DNA of 64,000 bases from NCBI GenBank assembly GCA_965226795.1, contig CBDDDZ010000004.1, positions 416,001 to 480,000 of the forward strand, in the 5' to 3' direction. How positions within the stretch are numbered: the first letter of the stretch is position 1; the number at the start of each line of letters is the position of its first letter. The translations under genes were made by a program, and so were the position numbers. The DNA comes from Candidatus Latescibacterota bacterium (lineage in GTDB: Bacteria; Latescibacterota; UBA2968; GCA-2709665). Of the stretch, positions 1 to 9,107 are shown in pieces. Below the pieces are notes generated by a model. That model ran no database searches. It saw nothing but the letters and a program-made list of their open reading frames with translations, and was not told where the DNA came from.

Positions 1-546
1 GGCGAGTTCGAGAAGTCCACCTCTCCCGTCCACATCAACAACGTTCCGATCAGCCACGTTCTGATCGCCACGGTATATGTTATCGTGTGTATGCTTTTCG
101 TGCCGACTAGCACGTTCCTGGCGGGACGGGCGGCCGCGGTGTGGGTTCAACCCCGGCTCCGCGTCTACGTGCAACTCACCGAGTACCTGAGGGTGATGTG
201 GGTCCCCATCGGAAGCTTTGCGATTGGCTACCTGACGCTAATTGTCCTGTTCACCGGCTTCTACGGCATGCTGGGACGTTTCAGCCTGGATGCGTTCACG
301 GGCGACGGGGATGCGTCCGGTTTCGTCGACTGGTTATCGTTCGCGTTCTTTACGGCGCTGGCCAGAGATTACATGGATATTATCCCGGTATCGGTTGCCG
401 CCAGGGCATTGGTCGGAGGGCACTTGATCCTCTCGATCGGGTGGGGCCTGGTCGTGTTCGCCGCCGTGATGTCGTACATCCAACCGCAGATCGAGCGGAT
501 TTCCCTACGGGAGAAAACAGCCAGCGACGACCAGGGGTCCCCCTGA
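1..546 (+). CDS. Membrane protein with a two-TM/pore ion-channel-like C-terminal domain (5'-partial)
   Basis: The frame is open from base 1. Hydrophobic helices flank FVDWLSFAFFTALARDYMDIIPVSVAARAL, which resembles a degenerate Ion_trans_2 pore (no GYG). Confidence 0.55.
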   Translation, partial: GEFEKSTSPVHINNVPISHVLIATVYVIVCMLFVPTSTFLAGRAAAVWVQPRLRVYVQLTEYLRVMWVPIGSFAIGYLTLIVLFTGFYGMLGRFSLDAFTGDGDASGFVDWLSFAFFTALARDYMDIIPVSVAARALVGGHLILSIGWGLVVFAAVMSYIQPQIERISLREKTASDDQGSP

Positions 547-580
547 CGCGCGCACGAAGGCTCTGGCACGGAGGGCAGCG

Positions 581-3013
581 ATGTTGAAACTACAGGTTTT
601 GCAGGTTGCGGTGAACCACGTACGGTTGGGGGTGAATCTTGCAGGTCATACCGGGGCCCGGATATACAGGTCGCGGCGGGCGTCCGGGCCCTACGAAGAG
701 GTGGGATTGGCGTTTGATGAGACGTATGACGATACGGTTCACCTGGAACCGGGAAAGACCTATTTCTACCTTGCGGTGGAATGGCGGGCGCCCAGTCTGT
801 ATCCGGAAACGAGCAGCCTCAGGGAAGGAAGTCCGCTTCGGGTTACCGTGCCCCGGGCGCAGAAGGAACGGCGCTTCGTGCTGACGGGGAATCACGAGGA
901 ATTCACGATTTCCATGGGGGGGTGCCTGGACGAATCGAATACGGTGACTGTGGGCCCGGAGGTCTACTGTCCCGGTCCCAATTCGAGTATGCCGCCCTAC
1001 GATCAGGTCTTCGAGCCGAACCAGTACGTCGCCATCGAAAACCTGGGAGATACGGACGTGGAGAACCCTTGGGTGGTGGCCAACGGGCAGCGAGACTGGT
1101 GGTCGGCGGAGACAATGGCGAAAGAGATCTCCGGCATCGCCGGCGGCGGCCGGCTGAGCGACCGGGACAAGATGATGGCAATCTGGAAATTCGTGGTCGA
1201 CGAGCTTTACGACAGCCGGATCGGTCTGTCCTGGTTCGACCAGACCAGCGACCCCGTCAGACTCTTCAATGTCTACGGATTCGAGGGCTGCGTGGCCAAC
1301 GCCATCACGAGCCGGCGCATCGCGGAGGCGATGGGCGTGGAGGGCCGGGAAATCTGGCTTGGAGGCACCATCGACGGACACGGCCGCGGGCGCAGTTGCG
1401 GGCACGATATCTTCGAGGCGTTTGCGGACGGGGCATGGCATTTTCTGGATACGGATCTGATGGTATTTTTTCTGAATCGGGACAACAGAACGGTTGCAGG
1501 GTCGGATGACCTGGCCCGGGATATCGACCTGCTGCGCCGCTCCCACCGCAACCTGGGCCTGTGCGGGCGCGACCTGCCAGAGAAAGACTACTACTACACG
1601 CCCTTCCGGGAACGGAAGTTCGTATATCCTCCCAACAAGGGCGGCGCCTGGATGGACGCCGCGGGTAGGATAAAGCAGACGCCGGGGGAATTCCCGCCCG
1701 CACGGACAATGGCGCTGCGGCTGCGCCCTGGCGAGAAACTCGTCCGCTACTGGGACAATGTGGGAAAGAACGTGATCCGGGGGAAACGGCTTTACCCTAC
1801 AGTGAGATATTCCAACGGCAAACTGGCCTACCGGCCCGACCTGCGCAACCCGCTCGCCTTGAGGGGGACCGAGTCGGCCAGGAATGTCGTACAGGAGTCT
1901 TCAGGGAGGCGGGTTGCGCTGCATCCTGAAAAGAAAGGGGAGGTGTCGGAGGTGGTGTGGCGTGTGGCGTCGCCCTACGCGATTGCCGGGGCGCAAGTGG
2001 GTATCAGATGTCGATGTGACACGCAGGAAGACGGGCTGGAAGTGCTGTTTTCCAAAGATGGCGAAGACTGGCGGTCTTTGTGGGTCGCCATCGGGCGGCG
2101 GCTGGACGCCCGTGTGGAACTGGACTGGTATCTCAACCCGGCGCTGAACGATTGGCGCGGGGAGACGGATCTGGGTTGGCGGATGGGCCCAGGTTACGAA
2201 TACTACGTCAAAGTGGCCATGTGGGCGGGATCCCGGCCCGACGCGGTGGGTCTGGACGCGATCCGTTTCGATACGGATATCCAATGCGCCACGCGGTCTC
2301 TGCCTTCGCTATTCTGCGGCGAGAATAAGATCGCGTATCGCGACGACGGCCCAGGACACCGGAAGGTGCAGGTGACGTATGGATGGAGAGAGGAACGATC
2401 GATCCGTCCTCCGGGAGCCCCCGGGCTGGTGTACCCTGAACAAGGCGCCGACGTGAACAGGCTGGATTTCGAATTCCGATGGAAGCGTGCGCGAGGGGGC
2501 AGCGGAAAGGTGGACGATTACCACATCCAGGTCAGCCGGTATGCGGACTTCAGGTGGTGCGTATGCCCCGCGTTCGACCGGTACGTGGGAAGAACCGCCT
2601 ACGCGGGCGGGACGAAGTGGCAGGCGGAGTTTCCCAATCTGCTGAATCCGGACGAAACGTATTACTGGCGTGTCCGGGCGCGGAACGAAAAGGGGGTGTG
2701 GGGGGATTGGAGCGAAGTGCGTTCATTCGTGCCCCACGGCCCGCGTCTTCCGGTGGGCCTGAGGTTGGAGGGCAGGGGCAGAAAACGAACGCTGGTATGG
2801 TCCGCGAACGACGAAGGGAACCGTGCGAGACGTTATCTTGTTCACGGCTGCCGGGAGCCTGGAGGGTTTTCCGCGACAAATGAGAATTTGCTGGGCGCTG
2901 TCGGTGAAACCCGTTGGCCGTTGAACGACGCAGAGAAGGGGATGTCCTATCGGGTCGTGGCGGTGGATGCCGGTGGCGTCCCCAGCACACCGTCGGACTA
3001 TGTAACGGTGTGA
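581..3013 (+). CDS. Transglutaminase-like core protein with FN3/Ig-like domains
   Basis: 810 aa with a GGAGG RBS. Cys-His-Asp spacing (YGFEGC...GHDIFE...WHFLDTD). C-terminal FN3 signature YYWRVRARN...WGDWSEVRSF. Confidence 0.65.
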   Translation: MLKLQVLQVAVNHVRLGVNLAGHTGARIYRSRRASGPYEEVGLAFDETYDDTVHLEPGKTYFYLAVEWRAPSLYPETSSLREGSPLRVTVPRAQKERRFVLTGNHEEFTISMGGCLDESNTVTVGPEVYCPGPNSSMPPYDQVFEPNQYVAIENLGDTDVENPWVVANGQRDWWSAETMAKEISGIAGGGRLSDRDKMMAIWKFVVDELYDSRIGLSWFDQTSDPVRLFNVYGFEGCVANAITSRRIAEAMGVEGREIWLGGTIDGHGRGRSCGHDIFEAFADGAWHFLDTDLMVFFLNRDNRTVAGSDDLARDIDLLRRSHRNLGLCGRDLPEKDYYYTPFRERKFVYPPNKGGAWMDAAGRIKQTPGEFPPARTMALRLRPGEKLVRYWDNVGKNVIRGKRLYPTVRYSNGKLAYRPDLRNPLALRGTESARNVVQESSGRRVALHPEKKGEVSEVVWRVASPYAIAGAQVGIRCRCDTQEDGLEVLFSKDGEDWRSLWVAIGRRLDARVELDWYLNPALNDWRGETDLGWRMGPGYEYYVKVAMWAGSRPDAVGLDAIRFDTDIQCATRSLPSLFCGENKIAYRDDGPGHRKVQVTYGWREERSIRPPGAPGLVYPEQGADVNRLDFEFRWKRARGGSGKVDDYHIQVSRYADFRWCVCPAFDRYVGRTAYAGGTKWQAEFPNLLNPDETYYWRVRARNEKGVWGDWSEVRSFVPHGPRLPVGLRLEGRGRKRTLVWSANDEGNRARRYLVHGCREPGGFSATNENLLGAVGETRWPLNDAEKGMSYRVVAVDAGGVPSTPSDYVTV

Positions 3014-3052
3014 GCGCCATTTGAAGTTCTCGTTGAATGCCGTCTCAATAGT

Positions 3053-3188
3053 CTAACAGTCCGTTGAAAAAGTTGCTCTGCAGGCGAGGCGGAGTCGAAT
3101 CGGGGGATTCGGGGACGGAGCGCAACGCAGTAATTCGGCCACAAGAGCCGGCCGCAGACCGGATGGACTTTTTCAACGGGCTTTTTAA
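3053..3188. mobile_element. MITE of ~135 bp with IS5/IS1182-like terminal inverted repeats
   Basis: AGTCCGTTGAAAAAGT (3058-3073) and ACTTTTTCAACGGGCT (3167-3182) form a 15/16 inverted match. Intergenic, no transposase. Confidence 0.7.
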
Positions 3189-3200
3189 TGGAGGTGACAA

Positions 3201-4250
3201 ATGTCCGGAGGTGAATACCGCGCGGTTATCGTAGGGCTGACGGGAATCGGGGCCAAACGGCCTGTGGAAGAAGAAAATCTGCCGGTATATGGCGCGATGC
3301 CGATGTCGCACGCCTCGGCCTATTACCGGTGTCCTCAGACACGGCTGACCGGTGTGTGCGACCTGCGTGAGGAGGCGCTGGACAGTTTCAGGGCGAACTG
3401 GAACGACGTGTGGCCCGATATGCGCTATTACGTCGATTATCGGGAGATGCTGGAGGCCGAGAGTCCCGACCTGGTGAGCGTCGCGACGTCCGACCACCTC
3501 CACGCCGATATCGTTGTGGCCGCTGCTGAGCGCGGTACGCCCGCGATTCTTTGTGAGAAACCGCTGGCTACAACGCTCCAAGACGCCGACCGAATGATTG
3601 CCGCGGCCGAAGCGAACGGGACCATTCTTTCAGTGGATCACTCCCGCAGGTGGTATCCACACTACCTCCGGGCCCGTGAGATCGTCCGAAGCGGCCGGAT
3701 CGGACCGTTGCGCACCATCGGGTGCGAGATGTTCGGTCCTCGCTCGATGTTGTTTCGCAACGGGACCCATGCCCTGGATACAGTCTGCTTTTTTGCCGAC
3801 GGGGACCCTCAGTGGCTTGTGGCGGAATTGGAGGAAGGTTTCGAACACTTTACCGAGTACCAGGGCGGGGGAGGAAAGGATTCCGCAAGCGATCCGTATG
3901 CCTCGGCCTACATACGGTTCGGAAACGGCGTAAGGGCTTTTTTCAACTCCTTTAAGACGGCGTTTTCCGGGTGGCGGTTCGTTCTGACGTGCGAGGATGG
4001 GCGGGTGGAAGCAACCGATACGTCCGCCAGGCTGATCCGGGGCGCCTCGTTCGAAACTTCCGAGATCGTCCCGGAGAATTACATGCTGCAGGCCAAGGGC
4101 GCAATCGTGGCGGAATTGGCGCATCTGTTGGAGCACGGCGGAGACCCGGTGTCTCCCGCGCGGGAGGCGAGGAAGTCGCTGGAGGTCATTCTGGGCATTC
4201 TGAAATCACATCACGCGGGAAACGCCCGGGTCGACTTTCCACTATCCTGA
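3201..4250 (+). CDS. Gfo/Idh/MocA family oxidoreductase
   Basis: VGLTGIG Rossmann motif, ILCEKPLA, GTHALD. GGAGG RBS. Confidence 0.9.
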   Translation: MSGGEYRAVIVGLTGIGAKRPVEEENLPVYGAMPMSHASAYYRCPQTRLTGVCDLREEALDSFRANWNDVWPDMRYYVDYREMLEAESPDLVSVATSDHLHADIVVAAAERGTPAILCEKPLATTLQDADRMIAAAEANGTILSVDHSRRWYPHYLRAREIVRSGRIGPLRTIGCEMFGPRSMLFRNGTHALDTVCFFADGDPQWLVAELEEGFEHFTEYQGGGGKDSASDPYASAYIRFGNGVRAFFNSFKTAFSGWRFVLTCEDGRVEATDTSARLIRGASFETSEIVPENYMLQAKGAIVAELAHLLEHGGDPVSPAREARKSLEVILGILKSHHAGNARVDFPLS

Positions 4251-4262
4251 GGAGAACGCTGA

Positions 4263-5555
4263 ATGAATATTGTCGATCCCGTCGCGGTCTGGGACGTGCG
4301 CCCGTGGGGGTGTCCGGCTTTCACCGTGCGGGACTTCAACGGCGATGGGAAGAACGAAGTTCTGTTCGTACAAAGCGCGGGTGCGCATGCCAACGAGGCG
4401 TTCGATCCCCGGTTTCCCGACATACAGGGGTACAAAACCGGCGTGGAAGACCAGGAGCTTTTTTGTCTGACCCTTACGGATGGGGCGGGTCGGATTCTCT
4501 GGCAGGTTGGAGAACCCTGGGCGCTCGAGCGGCCCTTTTCCTGGAACGGAAGCAATTTTTGCGAGGTTGTGGACCTGGACGGCGACGGACAGATCGAAAT
4601 TATGATCATCTACAAAGCCGAGTTGATGGTGTACAAAGGAGGCACGGGCGAGTTGTGCAGCCGGCATGAGTTGCCCCATTCGGGGTTCTATTTCTCCCGC
4701 GCGGTTCGAACCGATCACTCCGGAAAGTATCACATCTTTACAAAAAGCGTAACGTCTTCCGCCACGCATGGCTACGGAAATCCCAGCCTGCTTCTGGACC
4801 ACAACTTCAATGTAGTCTGGAAAAAGGAAGTGGACGGCGCCGGGCATGGGGGCAACAACGCCGACGTGGATGGAGACGGGCTGGACGAACTCCTGATCGG
4901 CTTCAGCCTGTTCGACCACGACGGCAGCCCCCTGTGGTCCCATCCGCCGATGTCGGAAAACGACCACCTGGACGATTCGGTGATAGCGGATATCGACGGC
5001 GACGGACGGTTCGAATTTGCCCTTGCCCACGACGGTCACGACGCGGTTGTTCACAACACCGATGGAACGGTGCGGTTCACCGTTCCGATGCATCACTGCC
5101 AGAACATCCTGCCCGGAAGATTCTTCGACGCTGAAACCGGGCTTCAGTTGGCCTTTGTCGACAAGGCGATGGGGCGTGCGGAAGAACGGGAAGCCGCGAT
5201 CGTAAACGCCCATGGCCGGGAGTTGTCTCGCCACCGCACAATGGGCTATTACGCTGTTGTCGACTGGCCCACCGACGTGGGCCAGGACAGCCTGATCCGC
5301 CGGGAATGGCCGGCCGAGACCAACGCCGACCACCGCGTACTCTGGGTGGACCCCTCGGGCAGGGAACTGGCGCGGCTGAACGTGCGGAAGAATTTTTACG
5401 ACAGGTTTCAGAAGTTCGGTCTCGAGTCTTTTCCCGCCGGAGGCCGTTATTTCGGCACGAGCCATACCGCGGCTATCGGCGATCTGGACGGGGACGGCAG
5501 CGAGGAAGTGCTGGTTTCGGATCGCGAGAAGGTATGGATCTTCAAGAAGCCCTGA
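4263..5555 (+). CDS. FG-GAP/VCBS-repeat beta-propeller, distant rhamnogalacturonan-lyase-like
   Basis: Repeated DxDGDGxxE motifs (DFNGDGKNE, DLDGDGQIE, DVDGDGLDE, DIDGDGRFE, DLDGDGSEE), plus GH and DHLD motifs. Confidence 0.65.
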   Translation: MNIVDPVAVWDVRPWGCPAFTVRDFNGDGKNEVLFVQSAGAHANEAFDPRFPDIQGYKTGVEDQELFCLTLTDGAGRILWQVGEPWALERPFSWNGSNFCEVVDLDGDGQIEIMIIYKAELMVYKGGTGELCSRHELPHSGFYFSRAVRTDHSGKYHIFTKSVTSSATHGYGNPSLLLDHNFNVVWKKEVDGAGHGGNNADVDGDGLDELLIGFSLFDHDGSPLWSHPPMSENDHLDDSVIADIDGDGRFEFALAHDGHDAVVHNTDGTVRFTVPMHHCQNILPGRFFDAETGLQLAFVDKAMGRAEEREAAIVNAHGRELSRHRTMGYYAVVDWPTDVGQDSLIRREWPAETNADHRVLWVDPSGRELARLNVRKNFYDRFQKFGLESFPAGGRYFGTSHTAAIGDLDGDGSEEVLVSDREKVWIFKKP

Positions 5556-6961
5556 CGCCGGATGCGATACTGAAAAAGGTCTGCGATTCGATCGACGTGC
5601 TGATTGAGTCCGGGAAGGCCTATGGCGGTTTGTTTCCCTCTCTGCTGAATCTGGATACCCATCGAATGTTGACGGAACTGCCCCCGCCGATACCGGGGCA
5701 GCGGATGGGTGACCGCGCCTTTCTGGGAAGCAATCTGATGCACGACCAGCACGTGCTCAAGATCATGTATGCGCTGGACCGCAATGGGTATCCGGAAGCG
5801 GCGGACAGGTATCTGCGCCGTTTTGCGACCCATTGTACGGATACGGTTACCGGCCTGTTCCCGTGGGGCGAGCACGCGTACTGGCACCTGGAAGAGAACC
5901 GGGTGGGCGACAGCCACCGGCTGGCCGTTCCCGAAAAGGAGACCGGGACGACGTTACACGACCATCTGCGGCAGGCGCCCGTCTGGTTGTGGGAAAAGCT
6001 GTATGGATTCAACGCCCGGTGTGTCGAGCGATTTGCCGAAGGACTGGATTACCACTACAAGGACGGGGAGCCGCGGGAATATATCCGTCACGCCCACGTC
6101 GAACGCAAAGAGCGTCTCGAGCGCGGGCCGGAGTCTACGGATTTCCCGCGTCACGGGGGGTTTTACATCCTGGACTGGTCGTTCGCCCACGTGAAGACGA
6201 AACGCGAGGATTTTCTGAGACAGATCGGGATCATGCTTGATTACTGGTGGCCGCGACGGGACCGGACCGGTCTGCTGCTGTCCAAGACGAGGTGTCCTCA
6301 AACGTCGGCGCGAATGCACAACGCGAACACCCCGCCGCAGACAGTTTCCCTCGCGGCCAGCCTGCTGGAGGCCGCTGAACTGCTCGACGGAAGTGCAGGA
6401 GGACTGATCGATCGGATGCGGAAGCGTGCCGGAGTGTATATCGGCGGCTTTCTGTCGGCCCCCCACAATCCGGACGCGGGCGTCTTCGTGTCTGCATGCC
6501 GGCGTCAGACGAATGAGGTCTTGAGTACGACGCCCGTCTGGGGAAGCGTATACGGAAATTGGCCGCTGGCTTACGTGGCTCTGATCGCCCTATGCATCTA
6601 TCGGTTGACGAAAGATGAACGGCTGCTGAACTGGGCGGACAATGCCGGACGCTGGTACTTGAAATCCCCGTTCCCGGACGAAGTCTCCATCCCGGCAATG
6701 GATGCCGGGCTTGCGGTGGAGTTGCTGGCGGACCTTTACGATCTGACCGGCGACCCGGATTGGCTGGAACGGGGATTGAAACTGGCCGGGACGCTCATCT
6801 CCATTTACATGGATGGGGATCTCATCCGCGGCGCGGCGGGCGTCTCGTGGTACGAGTCCCAGATGGTTCCGGGGGACCTGCTGCACGGGCTGGCGAGGCT
6901 GGCGTTGCTGGCCCGGCATGGGGATGAATGTCCTTTGAAACCGAACTATACCGCGAAGTGA
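5534..6961 (+). CDS. Alpha/alpha-barrel protein, pectate lyase family 2-like
   Basis: SNLMHDQ...YPEAADRYL...TGLFPWGEH resembles the PL2 GLLYWGGH region. Start moved to ATG 5534 after a GAGAAGG RBS. Confidence 0.5.
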   Translation: MDLQEALTPDAILKKVCDSIDVLIESGKAYGGLFPSLLNLDTHRMLTELPPPIPGQRMGDRAFLGSNLMHDQHVLKIMYALDRNGYPEAADRYLRRFATHCTDTVTGLFPWGEHAYWHLEENRVGDSHRLAVPEKETGTTLHDHLRQAPVWLWEKLYGFNARCVERFAEGLDYHYKDGEPREYIRHAHVERKERLERGPESTDFPRHGGFYILDWSFAHVKTKREDFLRQIGIMLDYWWPRRDRTGLLLSKTRCPQTSARMHNANTPPQTVSLAASLLEAAELLDGSAGGLIDRMRKRAGVYIGGFLSAPHNPDAGVFVSACRRQTNEVLSTTPVWGSVYGNWPLAYVALIALCIYRLTKDERLLNWADNAGRWYLKSPFPDEVSIPAMDAGLAVELLADLYDLTGDPDWLERGLKLAGTLISIYMDGDLIRGAAGVSWYESQMVPGDLLHGLARLALLARHGDECPLKPNYTAK

Positions 6962-8019
6962 GGCGCGAAGTGAGTGCAAGAACGTTCAAACTGTGGGCGG
7001 GAGGCGATGCGCACGTGGGCACGGACCTGGCGGCGGGCAATCGCCGGAGCCTCGCCGAGGCGATCCTTCAGGCCGAACAGGGCGGCGCCGGAGGGGGGCC
7101 GCCGTTCCGGTGGGACATTATGCTGGATATCGGAGACCTGTCGGGGTCGCAGACGCCGCCGGATGACGATGAAGGGGAAGAAGTCGTTCGACAGTACGGC
7201 GTGTCCACCATTCATCCGAGGGAAGACTTCTACAATATCGTGGGCAACCACGACGCCAGCGGCCCGGAGGAGCCGTGCCAGTGGTGGTTCCGGAAGTGGG
7301 TGGACCCCACGGGTGAAAATACCGGATATTCCAACGTTCACGCCGGCAGGCGGCCGTATCCGATCGAGGGAACCTGGGAGCGGTATTCGTTTCAGGTAGG
7401 GAACATCCTGTTTCTGTCGATGGGAGACCGCAACGACGGCGGGCCTCCGGCGGGCAGGGCCGATAGAGGTGGATTTCCAGCCGGTGCGGTGACCCGGGAA
7501 ACGTTCCAGTGGTGGAAGAAGAAGGTGGAGGAAAACCAGGAAATGATCATCGTGACGGCGCACCACCATATGTTGAAAGACACGACGGTGGCGTCCGGAC
7601 CCTGGGAGGGCGTTGACGGAGGGTATCACGGCCGGTTTGAAGACGGTGCGCCGATTGGCGCGTCATACCTCTATTTCGTCGGGGGAAAACCGGATGCAGG
7701 GGTATTCGAGTCGTACCTGGAGGCGAATCCGGGGGCGATCGACCTCTGGCTCGGAGGCCATACCCATACGAATCCGGACGACACCCACGGCGGGCGAACC
7801 CACGTGGAGCGGAAATGGGACGTGACCTTTGTCAACGTGGCGGCTATCTCGAAATATCACGGAAAAAAGAACATTTCGATGAGCAGGCTGCTGACGTTTT
7901 CCGGAGGGGCAGCGGAGGTCAATATAAAGTGTTATCTCCATATGAGCGACTACGCGCCACAGGGTTGGTACCACAGCGCGGAGCGAACGGCGCGGCTTCG
8001 GACGGCATTCTCATATTGA
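6958..8019 (+). CDS. Calcineurin-like metallophosphoesterase
   Basis: Motifs GDAH, IGDL, GNHD, HH and GHTH. The GTG start overlaps the previous stop (GTGA). Confidence 0.8.
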   Translation: MRREVSARTFKLWAGGDAHVGTDLAAGNRRSLAEAILQAEQGGAGGGPPFRWDIMLDIGDLSGSQTPPDDDEGEEVVRQYGVSTIHPREDFYNIVGNHDASGPEEPCQWWFRKWVDPTGENTGYSNVHAGRRPYPIEGTWERYSFQVGNILFLSMGDRNDGGPPAGRADRGGFPAGAVTRETFQWWKKKVEENQEMIIVTAHHHMLKDTTVASGPWEGVDGGYHGRFEDGAPIGASYLYFVGGKPDAGVFESYLEANPGAIDLWLGGHTHTNPDDTHGGRTHVERKWDVTFVNVAAISKYHGKKNISMSRLLTFSGGAAEVNIKCYLHMSDYAPQGWYHSAERTARLRTAFSY

Positions 8020-8122
8020 ACGGCGTACCGCGCCAGGTTCGGCCGGTGGATGCGCGCCAGTGGCGCTTTGCCGGACCCTTTTTCCCAACAAGGACGGCTG
8101 GTATCGGCAGACGGAGCGAAAG

Positions 8123-9089
8123 ATGAAGACATTCGAGATCGAAGGGCGCGACAAGAAGGGACCGATCCGGCTGAGGATCGAGGTCGATAACCAGTTCGCC
8201 GGAGGGGGCCGCTGGCTTCGGGGCGGCCTGCATTCCCACGTGGCGCAGATGGGCGAGTCCCGCGAAGTTTGCGTGCACTACAGGAACCTGGGGTTCGATT
8301 TTCTTGCGACAACCGACTATCTCAGTATCACGCCAATGCCGGAAGCAACGGAAGCCTTCGTGACCGTGCCTGGAGCAGAGGTTTTCTGCCCCGAAGGGAA
8401 CGATCTGACCCACATTATCTGTCTGGGCCTCACGCACCTGCCCCGGCCGCTGGACGGCACCGTTGAGGATGTCTCCCGCCTGGTTCGGGAAACCCACGCG
8501 CAGGGCGGGCTGACGGTTATGGCCCACCCCGCCTGGAGCGACTACTCATGGGAGAAAGCCTATGCACTGGCGAGATCGGGGCTCGTCGGGCTGGAGGTAA
8601 GCAACCGGCTGACCTGGCAGATCAACGGCAAGGAGTGTTCCGAGGAACTCTGGCAGATGCTCATTAACGCCGGGGTCCGCCTGGCCGCAATCGGCGTGGA
8701 CGATGCGATTGTGCTGGACGATGCGGACGTGACGGGGCGGACCTGGACCGGTGTGCTTGTGCGACGACCGGGGGTCGAGGGAATTCTGGAGGGTATTCGC
8801 GCGCACCGGACGTACGCCAGCGAGGGGCCTGAGATTCACGATATTCCGCATCGAGACACGTGGCGCGGTTGTCGTGGAATGCAGCCCCTGCACGGCGTGT
8901 CACATCCGGTCGAAAGGGTTCGGAGTCCGCAGCGTCCAGGCAGCGGCGCCTTCGAAACGGTTTGAGGTCGATCTTGCCGCGGACGGTTACCGCATGCAGG
9001 ATTGGATATTCGCGTGCGTGGAGGAAGAAAACGGGCGCCGGGCCTGGACCAGCGCGATTCCCGTCCGTGTTGAAAAGACAACCCTGTAA
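8123..9089 (+). pseudogene. PHP-domain (CehA/McbA-like) metallohydrolase, frameshifted near 8846
   Basis: GGLHSH, FLATTDY, AHPAWS, GVDDA and YASEGP in one frame. The typical C-terminus GRRAWTSAI lies in the other frame (8751-9089). Confidence 0.7.
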
Positions 9090-9107
9090 TTACTGGAGAG
9101 GGGCAGG

